From NCBI RefSeq assembly GCF_009914755.1, contig NC_060932.1: a stretch of 64,000 nucleotides of DNA. The stretch is one strand, 5' to 3'. The DNA comes from the human T2T-CHM13v2.0 reference genome, Homo sapiens. Under the pieces are notes generated by a model. That model was not told the DNA's origin, searched no databases, and saw nothing but the letters and a program-made list of their open reading frames with translations. The position numbers and the translations under genes were made by a program. Of the stretch, positions 57,815-64,000 are shown in pieces (the first letter of the stretch is position 1; each line of letters opens with the position of its first letter).

Positions 57815-58645
57815 TTTTTATCTTTTTCAACTTTTATTTTAGAATCAGGAGATACTTGTGCATTTTTGTTACAAAGATATATTCAGCGATGCTGAGGCTT
57901 GTGGTATAACTGAAGCTGTCACCCAGGAGTAAGCATCATGCCAAACAGGTATTCAACACTTGCCCGTTGCCCTTTCTTCTCCTTCTAGAAGTCCCCAGTG
58001 TTCGTTGTTTCCATCATTATGTCCATGTGTACACAAGGGTTAGCTCCCACTTATAAGTGAGAACATGAAGTATTTGGTTTTCTGTTGCTGCATTAATTCA
58101 CCAAGGATAATGGCCTCCAGCTACATCCGTGTTTCTGCAAAGGACATGATTTCATTCTTTTTTTGTGGTTGTATGTTTACATGGTATATATGTAAACATT
58201 TTTCTTTATCCAATCCACCACTGATGGGCCCCTGGGTTGATTTCATATTTTTGCTATTGTGAATAACACTGTGATGAACACACAAGTGCATGTGTCCTTT
58301 TGGTAAGATGATTTATTTTCCTTTGGATATATACCAAGTCATGGGATTGCTGAGTCTAATAGTAGTTCAACTGTCCCCTGAGAAATCTCTAAACTGCTCT
58401 CCACAGTGGCTGGATTAATTTACATTCCTACCAACAGTGGATTAATTTACATTCCTACCAACAGTGTATTAGCGTCCCCTTTTCTCTGCAGCCTCACCAA
58501 CATCTGTTAGTTTTTGAATTTTTAACAAAAGCCATTTTCACTGATATGAGATGGTATCTCATTGTGGTTTTGATTTGCATTTCTCTGATAAGTGATGATG
58601 AGCATTTCATACATTTGTTGGCTGCTTGTGTGTCTTCTTATATGA
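57815..58645 (-). mobile_element. L1PA15/16-like 3' fragment
   Basis: caacttttattttag...tagctcccacttataagtgagaacatg...ataatggcctccagct...gagatggtatctcattgtggttttgatttgc. Confidence 0.9.
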
Positions 58646-59704
58646 CATGCTAATTCTCACAAGCATTAAAAAGTTTTACTTGGTCATTTATTTTCCAAAT
58701 GACCTTTAATGTACCTCTTTAAAAATTTTAAGTGAACTACCAGAAGGTCTTCTTACAGCATAACTTTTGCCCTGTTAAGCATTTTTTTCTACTAAACTTT
58801 TTTTTTTCTTTTTGCAATTGTTGCAGGCTGCTTTGGAATAAATGTAAACTTCCTTAATTGAATTAGGTTTTATTGAAGTTATAGAACTATGGATAATTAA
58901 GTCATGAACAATAAACTAAGAGATTCTAGTGGAAAAAAAAATCAATGCATGCAAACCTGATGGTTGTTTATCCTAGAAATACTAAATTAGGGACTGCAAG
59001 ACTGCATTGTGTATACTAAATTTGGAGCTAGTCTACATGAATAGATGGATCATAAACCAATTTAATGGTGACAGCTTCAATATAACAACTTTTCTCTTGC
59101 TTTTCTGACATTTTGCACACTGAAAACATATTCTGAAATATTTCTTTAAAAGGGAAACTGTTATTCACATTATTAGTTTCACATTATTAGTGTTTTTTTC
59201 CTTTGTCAAATTAAGCTAAGTAGGAAAATACCTATAGTGATTTGGAATTAAGCAAAGAGACTAAATGGCAAATACTTCCTTTTTGAGAAAGAGTCTTTAA
59301 AATATTTTTCCCTAAAATATTTGATCATATTATCTATTCATTAATTTATTAGTTAATTACCAAGAGCTTTATATATATTTTTTGAGCTATTTTAGAATTT
59401 AAGGAGATAAACTATGGGTTCTTTTGGTTATCTTTATTTCTATAGGAATCCCTGGAAAATGTATAGGGCAACACATTAAAAAGGAGCACAGTTTTTTTTT
59501 TTTTTAAATAAGTAGAAGATTTCTTCCTTCTTTATTTTCATCATCTGGATTAGGTGTATAGGATATGACCTGTATAAAGGTTAACATATAAATTTCAATG
59601 AAAATATAAAGAATGTAATTCTAAGAAAACACAATATTAGAATAGCTATGTAACTACAAATTCACATAAACTCATTGTTCACTTGTGTATCTGAATTATA
59701 CACA

Positions 59705-60005
59705 TTTTATGTCCTAAATATATCTTAATTTCAGCTGTTTTCCTCTCTGTTTCTCTCTTTCTGTCTCTCCTTCCCTCCTTTCTTTCCTCCTTCTCTCTAC
59801 CACCTTAGCTCATAGATTCATCTTATTGCACTATTCAGGTGATTTCTACTGTGGTTTATGTGACTGTGTCCCCCTGGATTTATGCTGTGCTCAACCATTG
59901 TGGACTGCCCCCTCCCCAGCAGTCCCATGAATCCCATATTTGGCCACTTCTTAATTTCTACAACAGTTCCCTAACTGGTCTCTATTAATGCCCTCTACTT
60001 GGTTT
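59705..60005 (+). mobile_element. L2 fragments
   Basis: tcctaaatatatctta...caccttagctca...caacagttccctaactggtctc. Confidence 0.45.
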
Positions 60006-60324
60006 TCTACTTCGAATTCAAGAAGGTAAACAAAAATTTAAGTTATGTAATGGCAGTTGATTGATATGAGGTCCTTTCAAACACTGAAATACCCCTGGGG
60101 GAATAGATCCATCAGACACACTCAGGCTTCCTTATTAATTTCACTGCCAGCCCATTTTTTCTCATCTGTTTTTCTAAGGTAGTTAAAACTCTTCTAAAGA
60201 GATCTTTCAGTATCTGAAAAAAAAATCCATGGAAACTTAATCTTCTCTGGTTATTGGGTTGGGTATTAAAGAATTTTTGTGGACCTTTGCTTCCTTATCT
60301 GTAAAGTGAAGGTTGTGATAATAT

Positions 60325-60480
60325 ACTGGAGGTTTTTAAACTCACTATAGTACAAGACATTGTTAAAAATATAGATTCAAAGTCTGCACTCCAGGATTTT
60401 GAAATTTCAGGGGCTCAGACCCAAGACAATGTATTCCTGACATGCTTCCCAGGTGACTGGGACTTGGGAACCATTGGAAC
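60325..60480. mobile_element. MER5-type hAT MITE
   Basis: ttgttaaaaatatagattc...gcttcccaggtgact...ttgggaaccattg. Confidence 0.55.
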
Positions 60481-60753
60481 AGGAATTATGATACTTTTAC
60501 ATGTACAACTGCCCATGATGAAATTTTTTCACCTATAGTTGAGTTTTTTGGGATACCTTGCTTCCTTTTTCTCTGCTCTACCCCCCGCCACCCTCGCTCC
60601 CCGCACCTCATTAGTTTGCATTTGGCTTGCTATTTGTTCTGCTTGCTAACTTATTTTAAGTCAGGAATGCAGTGTTAGTATATTGATAGCATGTGTTATG
60701 CCTTGAGTTATTTTACCATATGTCTGCTTCCCACTTTTGCAACTCTATTGTAA

Positions 60754-60759
<6 letters not shown>

Positions 60760-60784
<25 letters not shown>

Positions 60785-61046
60785 GAGACGTAATCTCACT
60801 GTCGCCAGGCTGGAGTGCAGTGGTGCAATCTCAGCTCACTGCAACTTCCGCCTCCCAGGTTCGAGTATTCTCCTGCCTCAGCCACCTGAGTAGCGCCCAC
60901 CACCAAGCCTGGCTAATTTTTGTATTTTTAGCAGAGATGGGGTTTCACCATGTTGGCCAGGATGGTCTCCATCTCTTGACCTCGTGATCCACCCGCTTGT
61001 CCTCCCAAAGTGCTGGGATTACAGGCATGAGCCGCCTCGCCTGGCC
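60760..61046 (-). mobile_element. AluSc-like with small internal deletion
   Basis: gtcgccaggc and atctcttgacctcgtgatcc; perfect TSD tattgtaactcttt at 60746-60759 and 61047-61060. Confidence 0.95.
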
Positions 61047-61173
61047 TATTGTAACTCTTTATTTAATTTCTGTGCTTGAATTATTAGTTATATCTACTTT
61101 GATCTCGACTTTTTTTCTTAACACAAATTGAATGAATTTCCTGAACAAATATAGAAGAGAAATTACTAAAATG

Positions 61174-61625
61174 TATAAACTAAAATTAAAATTCTAAGCC
61201 CCCCAGCTGACTGGATTCCCTTCTTGGCCAAGGGCATTCCAAAGAAACCTGAAAAACTAGTGCATGCCATGACAGGAAAGGCAGGTCCGATAGGCCTTAT
61301 TGTACCCCCTTTCTTTTGGAGACTAGACACAACTGACCAACATTAACATTAAAATAGAGATCCTAAAACTGACAGAACAGACTCTTTGTAGCAATGAGAT
61401 AAAACTCTAACCTGACTCAACCAATGTATACCTTGCATGTATTGATTTATGTCTTTGCCTGTAACTTTTGTCTTTCTAAAATGTATAAAATCAAGCTGTA
61501 ACCCAACCACTTTGGGCACATGTTCTCAAGAACTCCTGAGACTGTGTCACGGGCCATGATCCTTAACCTTTGCAAATTAAGCCTCTAAATTGATTGAAAC
61601 CTGTCTCAGATACTTTTGGTTTACA
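61174..61625 (+). mobile_element. MER4-family ERV1 solo LTR
   Basis: aaaattctaagcccccca...gggcacatgttctca...cctgtctcagatacttttggtttaca; 4-bp TSD aatg. Confidence 0.88.
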
Positions 61626-61796
61626 AATGCTAAAAAGGAATAAAACTATTGTAGATTGGCTCACTCTAACAATAGGAAACACCATGACAAATAAAATATT
61701 TGAAGTCAGAAAGAATTGCCTCTGAATTTTGCATGTTTTAAGAGGACTACAGAATGAGAAGAAAAGAAGGCATTGTTGTTGATAGGTAATGGGGGC

Positions 61797-62640
61797 CATT
61801 GAATAACTCATCAGTTTTTTTATGGTGTACTTATTCTATATCAGACTGTCCTGGTGATGCAGGGGTGAATAACAGAGACAACATCCTTGCTCATCTATAT
61901 TAGAATTGTATTGGTGGGGAGACAGAGAGACAACCAATAATCAATTGATAATTCATTAAGTAAGTGCTAATATTTAAATAATGATAAGTGGTACAAAGAA
62001 AATTTTAATGGAGTGGTGTGATGGAAAGTAACTATGTGGTTACTTTGTATTATGAGGCCAGGAACAGGTGCTCTCTGAAAAGATAACATTTAAGCATGAA
62101 ATTGAGTGATCAGAGGCAACTATGCAAAGATCAGGGGGAAATATTCCAAGAAAAAGGAGAAGCTTAGTGTAAAGATCTTAAATCTGAGGACAAGCTTGGT
62201 TCCTTTGAGGAGCCAGAACAAGGCCAATGTGTTAGGAGAGTAGTGGATTATAGGAGAGAGTATTGGGAAGTGATAGAACAGCAGCTAAATCTTGTAAGGT
62301 GCTGAAAGCGTTATGTATAAGCCAAAAGAAGATAGTGACATTATTTTATTTAGTTTGCATTTTTGACTGCCATGTGAGGAACTTACTAAAAGGGGCCAAA
62401 GTGAAATTAGAAAACTCAGATGGGAGCCTATTGCATTGGCAAAGCAAGGCATGGTTGTGCCTTGGATTTGAGGGATGTTAGTAGAGACAGAAAGAAGTGG
62501 AAGGATTTTGAAATGTGATTTCAAGGTAGGGTGCACAAGACTTACTTATAGATTGGTAAGGATATTGAGAGAAAGAGAAGCCCACAAAAGTATGTCCTGA
62601 GCAACTGAGGGAACAGTAGTGCTAGTTACTTGGAGGTGCA
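61797..62640 (-). mobile_element. L2a fragment
   Basis: ctctctgaaaagataacatttaagc, tatgcaaagatcaggggg, aaggccaatgtg and ctgagcaactgagggaa. Confidence 0.75.
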
Positions 62641-63427
62641 TGACTGGGCAACAACCTGTCACCTCCCTACTTGTCCTTTATAATTCTCTCAGGTGTTTTT
62701 ATGTGAGACCCCACAATCAGTCTTGTATAGTGAAAAAAGTTTTAAAAACATCTAAGCTCTGCCCCCCACCAGCTTTGGGCTGTTGGGAAATTTGCAAGAT
62801 TTTATAATGTCAAATTTCTAATTTATAATCTCAGCACTGGATGAGATCATGAATGTGCATTGGAGGGGGCTGTACAGAAAAAGAGTCTAAGTCTTTACAT
62901 AAAAATCCAAACATTTCCCAACTATATTCTATTCTCTCACCACAGAATACAATTCTTATGATTAGGTACCACTAATCATGGTTATCACTTACGGTCATTT
63001 TAGTGAATTTTATCTGAAATGTTGGAGGACTCTGAAGTTCTTTCCATCTATCTGAAGATAGACCTATCCTGAACTATAATTACCATTTGAATTTACTTCG
63101 TAGGACCAATCATTTCTCTAGTTTATTAACTCACAGCATCATGATCATACTGGACAAACTATATTATTCTTCTGACCTTGAAAGACTATGTGTCTTCTTA
63201 ATTGCCTAAAGGCAAATTATCACACCTAGAGGCCAAAGTAGCGTCAGATAAGCTCCATGAAAATGAGACAGCTGGTCAATTGGGTAAACTGACGAAAACT
63301 CAGCTATGACTCACTATCAGAGTTTACATGTATGTTTACATATGTATGTTTGAATCATATGTAAATATAAAGTAATAAACCAGAATGAGAGAGATATATA
63401 CAAGTCTAGATGCTACTAGAAATAGTT

Positions 63428-63897
<470 letters not shown>

Positions 63898-63899
63898 TA

Positions 63900-64000
63900 T
63901 TCTGTTTTTTAAGGTATATGACATGATGTTTTGATATACATGTAAATAGTGAAACCGTTACTATAGTCAAACAAAGTAACATCTCCATTATATCACAGTT
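63900..64000 (-). mobile_element. L1MA-type 3' end, running off the window
   Basis: ttaaggtatatgacatgatgttttgatataca...ttactatagtcaa. Confidence 0.75.

Overview
This is AT-rich, CpG-depleted simian primate genomic DNA, most likely human, from an intergenic or large-intron region. I can support no protein-coding gene, RNA gene or CRISPR array. The ORF track is explained by transposon remnants or chance. The window is a layered transposon record: about 14 Alus (J and S types, none clearly Y), one full-length inactivated minus-strand L1PA6-like element (18750-24912), old L1/L2/L3/MIR fragments, and DNA transposons (Tigger1, MER47A, MER58A, MER119, MER5). It also holds ten solo LTRs: HERV-H LTR7, an LTR1-family LTR, a MER4-family LTR, two THE1D/MST and five MLT1. 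Subfamily names come from recalled consensus sequences, not a search, and old-repeat boundaries are approximate. The best leads are an LTR7/L1/LTR1 promoter cluster, two diverged local direct repeats, several repeat-free enhancer-like blocks and small mutational scars. I found no convincing undescribed biological system, so the findings are testable leads only.
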